From: an uncultured Lachnospiraceae bacterium
GTDB taxonomy: Bacteria > Bacillota > Clostridia > Lachnospirales > Lachnospiraceae
NCBI GenBank assembly: GCA_964500085.1
Contig: CAZCON010000001.1
Span: 1-25,952, forward strand
Reading direction: 5' to 3'
DNA length: 25,952 nt
Shown: one piece after another, positions 7,984 to 16,589 of the stretch
Layout: every line of letters starts with the position of its first letter
Position numbering within the stretch: position 1 is the stretch's first letter
Notes under the pieces: generated by a model
The model's input: the letters and a program-made list of their open reading frames with translations, nothing else
What the model was told of the DNA's origin: nothing
Database searches by the model: none
Program-made: the position numbers and the translations under genes

Positions 7984-9900
7984 ATGAAAAGGGTAGATGT
8001 TATTATACCGGTTTATAAAGCAGATAAAAGATTGGAGCGGCTGCTCGCCATGCTGTTGCAGCAGACCGTGCGTCCTGCGAAGATTATTTTAATGAATACG
8101 GAAGCGGAAGGATTTACAACGACAGAGCTGAAAAGACGTGTTGCCGCAGTGGCGGCAAAGCAGGACAGACCGGGTCAAAATAAGGTGGATGTCCGCATTG
8201 TCCGGGTGGAAAAAAAGGAATATGACCATGGCGGCACAAGAAATCTGGCAGTGCGGCAGTATTCGGATGCAGAGTTCTTTCTTTGTATGACGCAGGATGC
8301 AGTTCCTGCAGATGTGTTTTTACTGGAACGGCTGTTGCAGTGTTTTCAGGAGGAACAGGTGGGAGCGGCATATGCAAGACAGATACCGGAGGAGCATGCG
8401 AGCTTTACGGAGCGGTATCTGCGGATGCATAATTACCCGGCGGTTTCCATGAAAAAGACAAAAGAGGATTTGGAGCGCCTTGGAATAAAGACGTATATGC
8501 TTTCGAATGCCTGCGCGATGTATCGCAGAAGCCGATATGAGGAGCTTGGTGCTTTTGTGACGGATACTATTTTTAATGAAGACATGATTTTTGGGGCAGC
8601 CTTAATCGGGGTGGGAGATGCTATTTTTTACTGCGCCTCTGCAAGGGTGTATCATACGCATAATTACGGGTTGCAGACCCAGTTTAAGCGAAGCTTTGAC
8701 CTTGCAGTGTCCCAGGCAGATTATCCGGAGGTGTTTCAAGGAATCAGCTCGGAAAAGGAGGGGCTTTCCTATGTGAAGTCTGCTGCAAACTATTGCATCC
8801 GGCAGAGACGGTATGGAGATTTATTTGTGTTTCTGATGGATTCTGCGGCGCGTTATGCAGGGTTCTTTCTAGGAAAGCATTACCGTCTGCTTTCGGAAAA
8901 GGCTGTGCTTGCCTGTACATTGCAGCCGGCGTATTGGGCGAAGAGAAAACGGCAGGGGGATAATGGAAGTCGTAAGGAAAGTGACGCGGTCAGAAAGACT
9001 GTTCCGGCAGAAAAATTCGGTGTTGCGCCGGAAAAGCGGCAGGAGCGGGAGAAAATGCTGGAACAGCTTCACGGGATAGAACTGGAAGCGTTGAAGGCAT
9101 TTGTGACGTTTTGCGGACAGTACGGACTGCGTTATTATGCCATTGGCGGAACTCTGCTTGGCGCAGTGAGACATCAGGGCTTTATTCCGTGGGATGACGA
9201 TGTGGATTTGGCAATGCCGAGAAAGGATTACGATAAGCTGATTGCTCTTGTGGAGTCAGGAGAGGCAGAAGCCTTTTTTAATGGAAAGTACCGGATTGAA
9301 AGCTGGCAGACAGAGAAAACATTTAAAAGTTATTTTGCGAAGGTCAGTTCTACAGAGTTTGAGATATTTGAAGAGCTGCTGGAGGACGATACGGGACGGA
9401 AGGGGTATCTGATTGACATTTTGCCGCTGGACGGAACGCCGGATGAGGAGGGAAAACGTACTCTTTACTATGCGAAGGCAATGGGACTGCGTTTCCTTTG
9501 TGGAACCGCTAATGTATACACAGGCATCCGTACCAGCCGACCTAAGTGGGAACAGCTTGTGCTGCGCGCAGTACGCGCCATGAAGCTGTATCGTTTCCTC
9601 GATATAAAAAAGGTATATCGTGCAATGGACTGTCTGTTTCGGGAGCAGGATGCAGAGCATGCAGAGTACGCAGGCACTTTAACCGGCGCGTACAAGATGA
9701 AAGAGATTGTACCGAGAGCTTATTTTGGTGAAACATATGATGAATACAGCTTATGGACGTTTGAAGATATGACATTACGCGGACCGAAGCTCTGGAAAGA
9801 GTATTTAACGCATATGTTTGGGGATTATCGCACGCTTCCGCCGGAGTCGGAACGAAAGATACATTATCAGCCGGTTATTTTGGAAAAAGGAAAGGAATAG
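7984..9900 (+). CDS. Fusion protein: N-terminal GT2 (rhamnosyltransferase-like) plus C-terminal LicD-family phosphotransferase
   Basis: GT2 part: VIIPVY, DHGGTRN, MTQDAVP, NEDM. A charged linker follows, then the LicD motif GGTLLGAVRHQGFIPWDDDVDLAMPR, DILPLDG and MFGDY. RBS AAGGAGG. Confidence 0.88.
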   Translation: MKRVDVIIPVYKADKRLERLLAMLLQQTVRPAKIILMNTEAEGFTTTELKRRVAAVAAKQDRPGQNKVDVRIVRVEKKEYDHGGTRNLAVRQYSDAEFFLCMTQDAVPADVFLLERLLQCFQEEQVGAAYARQIPEEHASFTERYLRMHNYPAVSMKKTKEDLERLGIKTYMLSNACAMYRRSRYEELGAFVTDTIFNEDMIFGAALIGVGDAIFYCASARVYHTHNYGLQTQFKRSFDLAVSQADYPEVFQGISSEKEGLSYVKSAANYCIRQRRYGDLFVFLMDSAARYAGFFLGKHYRLLSEKAVLACTLQPAYWAKRKRQGDNGSRKESDAVRKTVPAEKFGVAPEKRQEREKMLEQLHGIELEALKAFVTFCGQYGLRYYAIGGTLLGAVRHQGFIPWDDDVDLAMPRKDYDKLIALVESGEAEAFFNGKYRIESWQTEKTFKSYFAKVSSTEFEIFEELLEDDTGRKGYLIDILPLDGTPDEEGKRTLYYAKAMGLRFLCGTANVYTGIRTSRPKWEQLVLRAVRAMKLYRFLDIKKVYRAMDCLFREQDAEHAEYAGTLTGAYKMKEIVPRAYFGETYDEYSLWTFEDMTLRGPKLWKEYLTHMFGDYRTLPPESERKIHYQPVILEKGKE

Positions 9901-9905
9901 CTTTC

Positions 9906-10835
9906 ATGACAAAATTGCAGGAAAAGATTTTGGAGATTATGAAGGTCTTTGACCGGATATGCCGGGAGAATGGACTTTGTTACTATATGTTGGGAGGGAC
10001 GATGCTCGGAGCTATCCGTCACAAGGGGTTTATCCCGTGGGATGATGACGCGGATTTTGGACTTCCGCGGGCAGACTATGAAAAGCTTCTGGCGTTATCA
10101 GAGGAGGCAGTTCCGAACGGATTTCGCCTGCGGCATTTTTCAAGAGAAAGGAAAGTTCCTTATGCGTTTGCCAGACTGGAGGATGAAAACACGACCTGCA
10201 TTGAGGCACGCAGGAGCGGAAGCGGATATAGCGGAGGGGTATATATTGATATTTTTCCGCTTGATGCAGACAGCAATTTTTATCCCTGTCAGCTGGCAAA
10301 GGAGTGGAAGGTTAATTTCTTAAAGAAGCTGCTGTATGCACATATTGCAGAAAAGGGTGCCGTGAAGAATCCGGTAAAGGCGCTTGGGATGAGAGCTGTC
10401 GCAGAACGGACGGACAGTGAAAAGCTGCTGCGTAGCTTGGATGCGCTGGTAGCAAAATACGGAGAAAGAAAAAAAAGGTTTCCACAGTGGGGAGAAGCCA
10501 GATATTCGAACTATCTGGGACACTGGGGAAAAAGGGAGTCCATACCACGCCGGGTATTTGACGGAGAAATCAGGCAGCGGGATTATGCTGCGTTTGACTG
10601 GCGCAGGGGAGAACGGATTGCAGCCCCGGCAGAGGGACGGAGAACCGAATATATATTTGAGGACGCACATTTTTTTGGACCGGTGGACAGTGCGGCATAT
10701 CTGACTGCATTATATGGCGCTGATTATATGATACCTCCGGAGGAAGCGCAGCGTGGCGGACATCCGGCAGCCGTCATTGAACTGGAGCAGTCGTATCATC
10801 AGGGGCATATTGCAGACGCAGAAGACGGACGTTAG
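9906..10835 (+). CDS. LicD-family phosphotransferase
   Basis: GGTMLGAIRHKGFIPWDDDADFGLPR, YIDIFPLD, YLTALYGADYMIPP. Confidence 0.9.
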   Translation: MTKLQEKILEIMKVFDRICRENGLCYYMLGGTMLGAIRHKGFIPWDDDADFGLPRADYEKLLALSEEAVPNGFRLRHFSRERKVPYAFARLEDENTTCIEARRSGSGYSGGVYIDIFPLDADSNFYPCQLAKEWKVNFLKKLLYAHIAEKGAVKNPVKALGMRAVAERTDSEKLLRSLDALVAKYGERKKRFPQWGEARYSNYLGHWGKRESIPRRVFDGEIRQRDYAAFDWRRGERIAAPAEGRRTEYIFEDAHFFGPVDSAAYLTALYGADYMIPPEEAQRGGHPAAVIELEQSYHQGHIADAEDGR

Positions 10836-10876
10836 TGCAGAATGGAGCAGGAAAAGAGTGTGAAAGGAGAGCAGTT

Positions 10877-11449
10877 ATGGCAAAACAGTATTGGAAACCG
10901 GGCAATATGCTTTATCCGGTACCTGCAGTGATGGTAAGCTGCGGACGGGAAAAGGAAAAGCCCAATATCATTACGGTGGCTTGGGCAGGAACGGTATGCT
11001 CTGACCCTGCCATGCTATCCATTTCGGTGCGCCCGGAACGGTATTCCTATGAAATTATAAAGGAAACCGGGGAGTTTGTAGTGAATCTGGTGACAAAGGA
11101 GCTGGTATTTGCAACGGATTATTGCGGAGTAAAATCCGGGAGGGACGTTGATAAATATAAAGAAATGAAGCTGACACCGCTTGTATCGCAAAAGATAGCA
11201 GCACCGGGAATTGCGGAAAGTCCGGTCAATATTGAATGCAGGGTGGTACAGACCGTGGAGCTTGGCAGTCATACGATGTTTATAGGCAGGGTGCTAGGTG
11301 TAACGGTAGAGGATTCTTATCTGAATGAATCCGGAAAGTTTGAGCTGAACAGTACCGGTTTGGTGAGCTATTCCCACGGGGCATATTTTCTTTTAGGGGA
11401 ACGGCTTGGAACCTTTGGATATTCGGTACAAAAGAGAAGGAAATCGTGA
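10877..11449 (+). CDS. Flavin reductase-like FMN-binding protein
   Basis: YPVPAVMVSC, NIITVAWAG, ISVRPERYS, GEFVVN, ESPVNIECRV, GSHTMFIG. Start moved from 10835 to ATG 10877 (RBS AAAGGAG). Confidence 0.88.
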   Translation: MAKQYWKPGNMLYPVPAVMVSCGREKEKPNIITVAWAGTVCSDPAMLSISVRPERYSYEIIKETGEFVVNLVTKELVFATDYCGVKSGRDVDKYKEMKLTPLVSQKIAAPGIAESPVNIECRVVQTVELGSHTMFIGRVLGVTVEDSYLNESGKFELNSTGLVSYSHGAYFLLGERLGTFGYSVQKRRKS

Positions 11450-11519
11450 AATGGGAACTGTGAAATGCCTGTTGGAGATGAATTGAGAAACATGATTCAC
11501 GGAAGCAAGGAGGAGTAAC

Positions 11520-11825
11520 GTGAGCAAAAGGAAAAGAAAAAATGTAGTTGGGAAAACAGCAAAGAAGAACAGGAGCACTACAAATTACAAAAGGAACTAT
11601 CCGAAGAGCTATCTGAGAAAAAGCTCAGAGGTTTCAGGGGTAACACAGCTGCTATGGGCCGTCTGCCTGATTGTGCTGGGCGTGTCCGGAGTTCTTTTTG
11701 GTATATTTGGCTTTATCGGGGTGCAGATGCCGGATTGGTTGATATGCAGTATCGGAATTGCAGATATTGTGGCATTACCCGTTTTGGTAATAACAACGAT
11801 ACAAAAGCTAAAATATGCCGAGTGA
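11520..11825 (+). CDS. Hypothetical small membrane protein (basic N-terminus, two transmembrane helices)
   Basis: GTG start with RBS AAGGAGGAG; K/R-rich first ~35 aa followed by two hydrophobic segments. Confidence 0.7.
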   Translation: MSKRKRKNVVGKTAKKNRSTTNYKRNYPKSYLRKSSEVSGVTQLLWAVCLIVLGVSGVLFGIFGFIGVQMPDWLICSIGIADIVALPVLVITTIQKLKYAE

Positions 11826-11874
11826 TAAAATGTGCGGAGCGTTTATATTCCGTTTGTAAGGAGCAGAAGAGGTT

Positions 11875-12540
11875 ATGTATGCAGTGATTTTTGATATGGA
11901 CGGCGTGATTTTTGATTCGGAACGTGCTGTATATGCCGGATGGCAGGAATTGGCGCAGAAATATGGTTTTCAAAAGCTTGAAATTCCTTATCGTAAGTGC
12001 ATTGGCGTTAATGCGGCAGCATCCAGACAGATTTTTCTGGATTTTTATGGCGAAGATTTTCCATATGATGCCTATTGTAAGGAACAGTCACAAAATTACC
12101 ATGCGAAATATGATAACGGCAGACTGCCGATGAAAAAGGGAGTGCGGGAGCTTTTGACGGCGCTAAAGGAGCGTGGCTGTAAAACGGCGATTGCGTCCTC
12201 GACCAGAACGGCAGTGGTGACACATCAGATAGAGGCGGCAGGACTTTTGGGCTTTTTTGATTGTATCGTCGGCGGAGACATGGTAGAAAGAAGTAAGCCT
12301 GCACCGGATATTTTCCTAAAAGCGGCGGAGCGGCTGAATGCTCCGGCAACGGGGACGTATGTCATTGAGGACTCCTATAACGGAATCCGGGCAGCAAGTG
12401 CCGCCAGGATGCTCCCGGTGATGGTGCCGGATATGCTGCCGCCGGATGAGGAAATGAAAGAAATGGCGGCGTATATTTTGGAGGATTTGTTTGCGGTGAA
12501 GGAGCTCCTTTGTGGAAAGACACTGCATCCGGTATGTTGA
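11875..12540 (+). CDS. HAD-superfamily phosphatase (beta-PGM/CbbY-like)
   Basis: Motif I DMDGVIFDSE, motif II ASS, KPAPDIF, motif IV IEDSYNG. Confidence 0.92.
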   Translation: MYAVIFDMDGVIFDSERAVYAGWQELAQKYGFQKLEIPYRKCIGVNAAASRQIFLDFYGEDFPYDAYCKEQSQNYHAKYDNGRLPMKKGVRELLTALKERGCKTAIASSTRTAVVTHQIEAAGLLGFFDCIVGGDMVERSKPAPDIFLKAAERLNAPATGTYVIEDSYNGIRAASAARMLPVMVPDMLPPDEEMKEMAAYILEDLFAVKELLCGKTLHPVC

Positions 12541-12638
12541 TTCCTGCTCCGGAGCTGATAAGAGGACGGTTCCATTTGTTAATCGAAATGGGTTAGAAAA
12601 AAGCTAGGAACCGCAGAATGAGACGGTGGAGGATGCCT

Positions 12639-13208
12639 ATGGAGGATTATAGGTTAAATGACAAGGATATCCGCAGGGTTATCTATGACAGCTTCTCCGG
12701 CAGTAAGGAGGAAACGCGTATTTTAGAAGAGTTTCCGATGGGGGACAGCCGCGCGGATATGCTTTTGGTGACAAAGACAAGGCTTATCGGACTGGAAATC
12801 AAAAGCGACAGGGATTCCTTTGAACGGCTGGCAAGACAGATAAAGGATTACGAGAGGTTTTTTGATACGAATTATCTTGTGGTTGGCACCTACCATGTGG
12901 AAGAAGCGATGCGTACCGTACCGGCACACTGGGGCATTTATGAAGTATATGAAACGGCGGAGGGAGGCTTTGTCATGGAGTGCGTCCGCAGTGCCTCTAT
13001 GGCATTAAAGGATAACACGGAAGAAAAGCTGTACCTTTTGTGGCGGAACGAACTGATGCGGATTGTAAGAGACTACCGCCTTGCAAAGGGCAGCCTGCAG
13101 CGGAAGGATAAAATGATAAGCAAAATCATCCGTGGTCTGGCCGTGCCGGTAATCCAGACTGAAATCTGCGCGGCACTGCTTGCAAGGGAATATTCCGTGA
13201 AAGGGTAA
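12639..13208 (+). CDS. sce7726-like protein with a PD-(D/E)xK-like motif
   Basis: EEF...SRADMLLV...GLEIKSDRDSFERLARQIKDY...WGI pattern. Start moved to ATG 12639 (RBS GGAGGA). The family call is from recognising the pattern and was not searched. Confidence 0.7.
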   Translation: MEDYRLNDKDIRRVIYDSFSGSKEETRILEEFPMGDSRADMLLVTKTRLIGLEIKSDRDSFERLARQIKDYERFFDTNYLVVGTYHVEEAMRTVPAHWGIYEVYETAEGGFVMECVRSASMALKDNTEEKLYLLWRNELMRIVRDYRLAKGSLQRKDKMISKIIRGLAVPVIQTEICAALLAREYSVKG

Positions 13209-13248
13209 AATGTCCGATTGCGGATTTGCGAAGGCAGAACCGTAGCGG

Positions 13249-13434
13249 TTACATCTGCTTTTTTACGATATCGTATTCGTTGTCAAAGTGATAGTACGGA
13301 CAGACCTTTGCAGTGCCGGACATCAGGCGGGAGTAGTCGTCCTCGTCCATGCCGCCTGCCATACAAACATATTCTTCGTAGTCGTCATCGTAACGAAAGT
13401 TGCTACAGGTATCGCAGCTGTATTGGGTACTCAT
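13249..13434 (-). CDS. Small acidic 4-Cys protein (DUF6472-like)
   Basis: 61 aa MSTQYSCDTCSNFRYDDDYEEYVC...VCPYYHFDNEYDIVKKQM; RBS GGAGG upstream of the ATG at 13434. Confidence 0.7.
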   Translation of the reverse strand: MSTQYSCDTCSNFRYDDDYEEYVCMAGGMDEDDYSRLMSGTAKVCPYYHFDNEYDIVKKQM

Positions 13435-13564
13435 GGGAAACCTCCGGAATAAAATTTGGAAGCGGTCGTTTGCTTCCTTTCCATAAAGTGTAACACAGTT
13501 TTGAAAAAAATGCATTCTTTTTTGCAACGACAGGAATAATTTGAAAAAAAGAGAGGATACTATT

Positions 13565-14161
13565 ATGAATCTGGTACAACGCTTTTTTGGACATCTTCAT
13601 ACCATCAATCAGCATAAGCGTACCGTGATGAAGCATTGCTTTAAGCTTGGCTTATATAAAAGAGGGCTTTTGCATGATTTGTCCAAGTATTCGCCAAGTG
13701 AATTTTTTGTGGGAGTGAAATATTTCAGAGGAGACGTAAGTCCCAATAACATTCAGAGACAGGCGGAGGGCGTGGCAACGGCATGGCTGCACCATAAGGG
13801 AAGAAATAAACATCATTATGAATATTGGATTGATTATAAAAAGGATGCGGAATGTGAACTTGCGGGTATGAAGATGCCGCTTCCGTATGTGCTTGAAATG
13901 TTTTGCGACCGGGTGGCGGCAAGCAAGGTATATAACAAAGAAAAGTATACGCAAAAGGACCCGTTGGCCTATTATCGCAGAGGTGAGGGCAAGTATCTGA
14001 TGCACGAGGAAACCGTTGCACTTTTGGAAAAGCTGCTGGTGATGCTGGCAGAAGAAGGAGAGGATACCACATTTTCCTATATTCGGAGGGAGCTTCTGGG
14101 AAAGAGGGAAACGCGTAGAAAAAAGTCCAAGGATTGCCATGGATTTTGTAAAAAAGGATAA
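13565..14161 (+). CDS. DUF5662-like HD-type metal-binding protein
   Basis: H..TI..HK, LHDLSKYSP.EF, AWLHHKGRNKHHYEYWID, EMFCDR. RBS GAGAGGA before ATG 13565. Confidence 0.75.
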   Translation: MNLVQRFFGHLHTINQHKRTVMKHCFKLGLYKRGLLHDLSKYSPSEFFVGVKYFRGDVSPNNIQRQAEGVATAWLHHKGRNKHHYEYWIDYKKDAECELAGMKMPLPYVLEMFCDRVAASKVYNKEKYTQKDPLAYYRRGEGKYLMHEETVALLEKLLVMLAEEGEDTTFSYIRRELLGKRETRRKKSKDCHGFCKKG

Positions 14162-14190
14162 TTGCTTTTTGAGGGGAAATGTAGTATAGT
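14162..14190 (+). promoter_or_regulatory. SigA-type promoter of the pfl operon
   Basis: TTGCTT-N17-TATAGT, immediately after the upstream stop codon. Confidence 0.6.
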
Positions 14191-14241
14191 ATAGTCGCGT
14201 TGAAAAAACGTAATTGAGATGCAGGAAAGGAGTAAAAAAGG

Positions 14242-16334
14242 ATGCAGGAAGAATGGAGAGGTTTTAAATCAGGTGTTTGGGAACGGGAGATTAACACAAG
14301 AGACTTCATTCAGAAGAATTTTAGCCCTTACGAGGGGGATGAGTCCTTTTTGGCAGGCTCGACTGCTGCAACCAAGGCGCTCTGGGAACAGGTATTAGAG
14401 CTGTCAAAGAAAGAGCGTGAAGCCGGTGGCGTGCTGGATATGGATACCAGTGTGATTTCTACCATCACTTCGCATGGACCGGGCTATTTAGATAAATCAA
14501 AGGAAACGATTGTAGGTTTTCAGACGGACAAGCCATTTAAGCGTTCCTTACAGCCTTACGGCGGGATTCGTATGGCGGCGAAGGCGTGCAGCGATAACGG
14601 ATATACGATTGACCCGCAGGTGGAGGAGTTTTTTACCGTACACCGTAAGACACATAATGCAGGTGTGTTTGACGCGTATACGCCGGAGATGCGCGCGTGC
14701 CGTTCCAGTCACATTATTACGGGACTTCCTGATGCTTACGGAAGAGGGCGTATTATCGGTGACTACAGAAGAGTTGCACTGTACGGTGTAGACCGCCTGA
14801 TTGAGGATAAGCAGGACCAGAAGGATTCTACCAGAACGATTATGTACTCTGACGTAATCCGTGACCGTGAGGAGCTTTCGGAGCAGATTCGTGCATTGAA
14901 GGATTTAAAGAAGCTTGGCGAAATTTATGGCTTCGATATTGGCAGACCGGCAAGAAACGTACAGGAGGCAATTCAGTGGCTGTACTTTGGGTATCTTGCG
15001 GCAGTGAAGGAGCAGAACGGTGCGGCAATGTCTCTTGGCAGAACCTCTACCTTCTTAGATATTTACGCACAGCGTGATTTGGCAGAGGGACGCTTTACGG
15101 AGGAACAGATTCAGGAATTTGTGGATCATTTTATCATGAAGCTTCGTTTGGTAAAGTTTGCAAGAACACCGGAGTACAATGCGCTGTTTTCCGGCGACCC
15201 GACGTGGGTAACGGAGTCCATTGGCGGTATTGGCATTGACGGCAGACCGATGGTGACAAAGATGTCCTTCCGTTATCTGCATACCCTGCAAAATCTTGGT
15301 GCAGCGCCGGAGCCGAACATGACCGTGCTTTGGTCTACCAGACTGCCGCAGGCGTTTAAGCGCTATTGTGCACAGGTTTCCATTGAATCCTCCTCCATCC
15401 AGTATGAGAACGATGACCTGATGCGTGTGACGCACGGAGACGATTATGCGATTGCATGCTGCGTGTCCTCAATGCGTGTGGGAAAGGAGATGCAGTTCTT
15501 TGGCGCAAGGGCAAATCTTGCAAAGTGTCTTCTTTATGCCATCAACGGCGGTGTGGATGAGATTACGAAGAAGCAGGTGGCGCCGGAGTACCGTCCGATT
15601 ACTTCCGAGTATTTGGATTATGACGAGGTAATGCACAAGTACAATGAGATGATGAAGTGGCTTGCGCGCGTTTATGTCAATACGCTAAATATTATTCATT
15701 ATATGCATGACAAGTATTGCTATGAGAAGCTGCAGATGGCGTTGCACGATAAGAAGGTAACCCGTTGGTTTGCAACCGGTATTGCGGGACTTTCCGTTGT
15801 GGCAGATTCTCTTTCTGCAATCAAGTATGCCAAGGTAAAGGTCATCCGTGATGCGGATGGAGTTGCGGTGGATTATGAGGTAGAGGGAGATTTTCCAAAG
15901 TACGGAAACGACGATGACCGGGTAGATGAAATTGCAAGAGAGGTGGTACACACCTTTATGCAGATGTCAAAGGAAATCATACCTACCGCGGCGGTATTCC
16001 GACTACCTCCATCCTTACCATTACTTCGAATGTCGTATATGGTAAAAATACCGGTTCCACTCCGGACGGACGTAAGGCAGGACAGCCGTTTGCACCGGGG
16101 GCAAACCCGATGCACGGCAGAGACGCGCACGGCGCAATTGCCTCTCTGGCTTCGGTATCCAAGCTTCCGTTCCGTGATGCGCAGGATGGTATTTCCAACA
16201 CCTTTACGGTAGTTCCGGGAGCACTTGGAAGAGACCAGGTGGTAATTTCCGGTGATTTGGCAGTAGAATTGGGCGAGGGCTGTTGTACGCCGGGTCCGCA
16301 GAATGCAGAGCCGGAGTATGGCACCGCAGAATAG
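14242..16334 (+). pseudogene. pflB: Pyruvate formate-lyase catalytic core lacking the glycyl-radical domain, with an apparent 1-nt deletion at ~15964 (frameshift or sequencing error)
   Basis: PFL motifs [28 protein letters not shown] and the active-site IACCVS lie in the 14242 frame. After ...HTFMQ the PFL sequence continues in another frame ([53 protein letters not shown]...[12 protein letters not shown]) to TAG at 16332-16334. Inserting one T after 15963 gives MQYVKGNH and a 697-aa protein. Confidence 0.9.
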
Positions 16335-16349
16335 AAAGGAGCAGTAGCT

Positions 16350-16589
16350 ATGGCTGATATGGCGCAGATTGATAATCTGGTGGCGTTACTGGATGGGTAT
16401 GTAGAGCAGGGCGGACACCATTTGAATGTAAATGTATTGAACCGTGAGACGCTTTTAGACGCACAGGCGCATCCGGAAAAGTATCCGCAGCTGACGGTAA
16501 GAGTTTCCGGCTATGCGGTAAACTTCAATAAGCTAAATAAGGAGCAGCAGGACGAGGTGATTTCCCGTACCTTCCATGAGGTGATTTAA
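16350..16589 (+). CDS. Stand-alone glycyl-radical domain (autonomous glycyl radical cofactor, GrcA-like)
   Basis: 79 aa: [48 protein letters not shown]. Own RBS AAAGGAG 8 nt upstream; TAATG overlap with pflA. Confidence 0.92.
   Translation: MADMAQIDNLVALLDGYVEQGGHHLNVNVLNRETLLDAQAHPEKYPQLTVRVSGYAVNFNKLNKEQQDEVISRTFHEVI

Noticed and set aside
7590-8018. 142-aa Pro/Gln-rich + strand ORF and the 71-aa Ala-rich ORF at 7520-7735
   Set aside because: Both are antisense shadows of the repetitive Gly/Cys gene, which has the RBS and promoter.
12567-12613. CGGTTCC/GGAACCG inverted repeat before the sce7726-like gene, and a similar GAACCG(C/T)AG word after it (~13229)
   Set aside because: Too short and imperfect to call att sites or target-site duplications, and no mobility gene is present.
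15955-15985. Programmed -1 ribosomal frameshift in pflB
   Set aside because: There is no canonical slippery heptamer or homopolymer, and a single missing T explains the sequence more simply.
16110-16334. 74-aa ORF treated as an independent gene
   Set aside because: It is the out-of-frame continuation of pflB. The frame is open from 15930, PFL homology starts at ~15966, and there is no RBS before ATG 16110.
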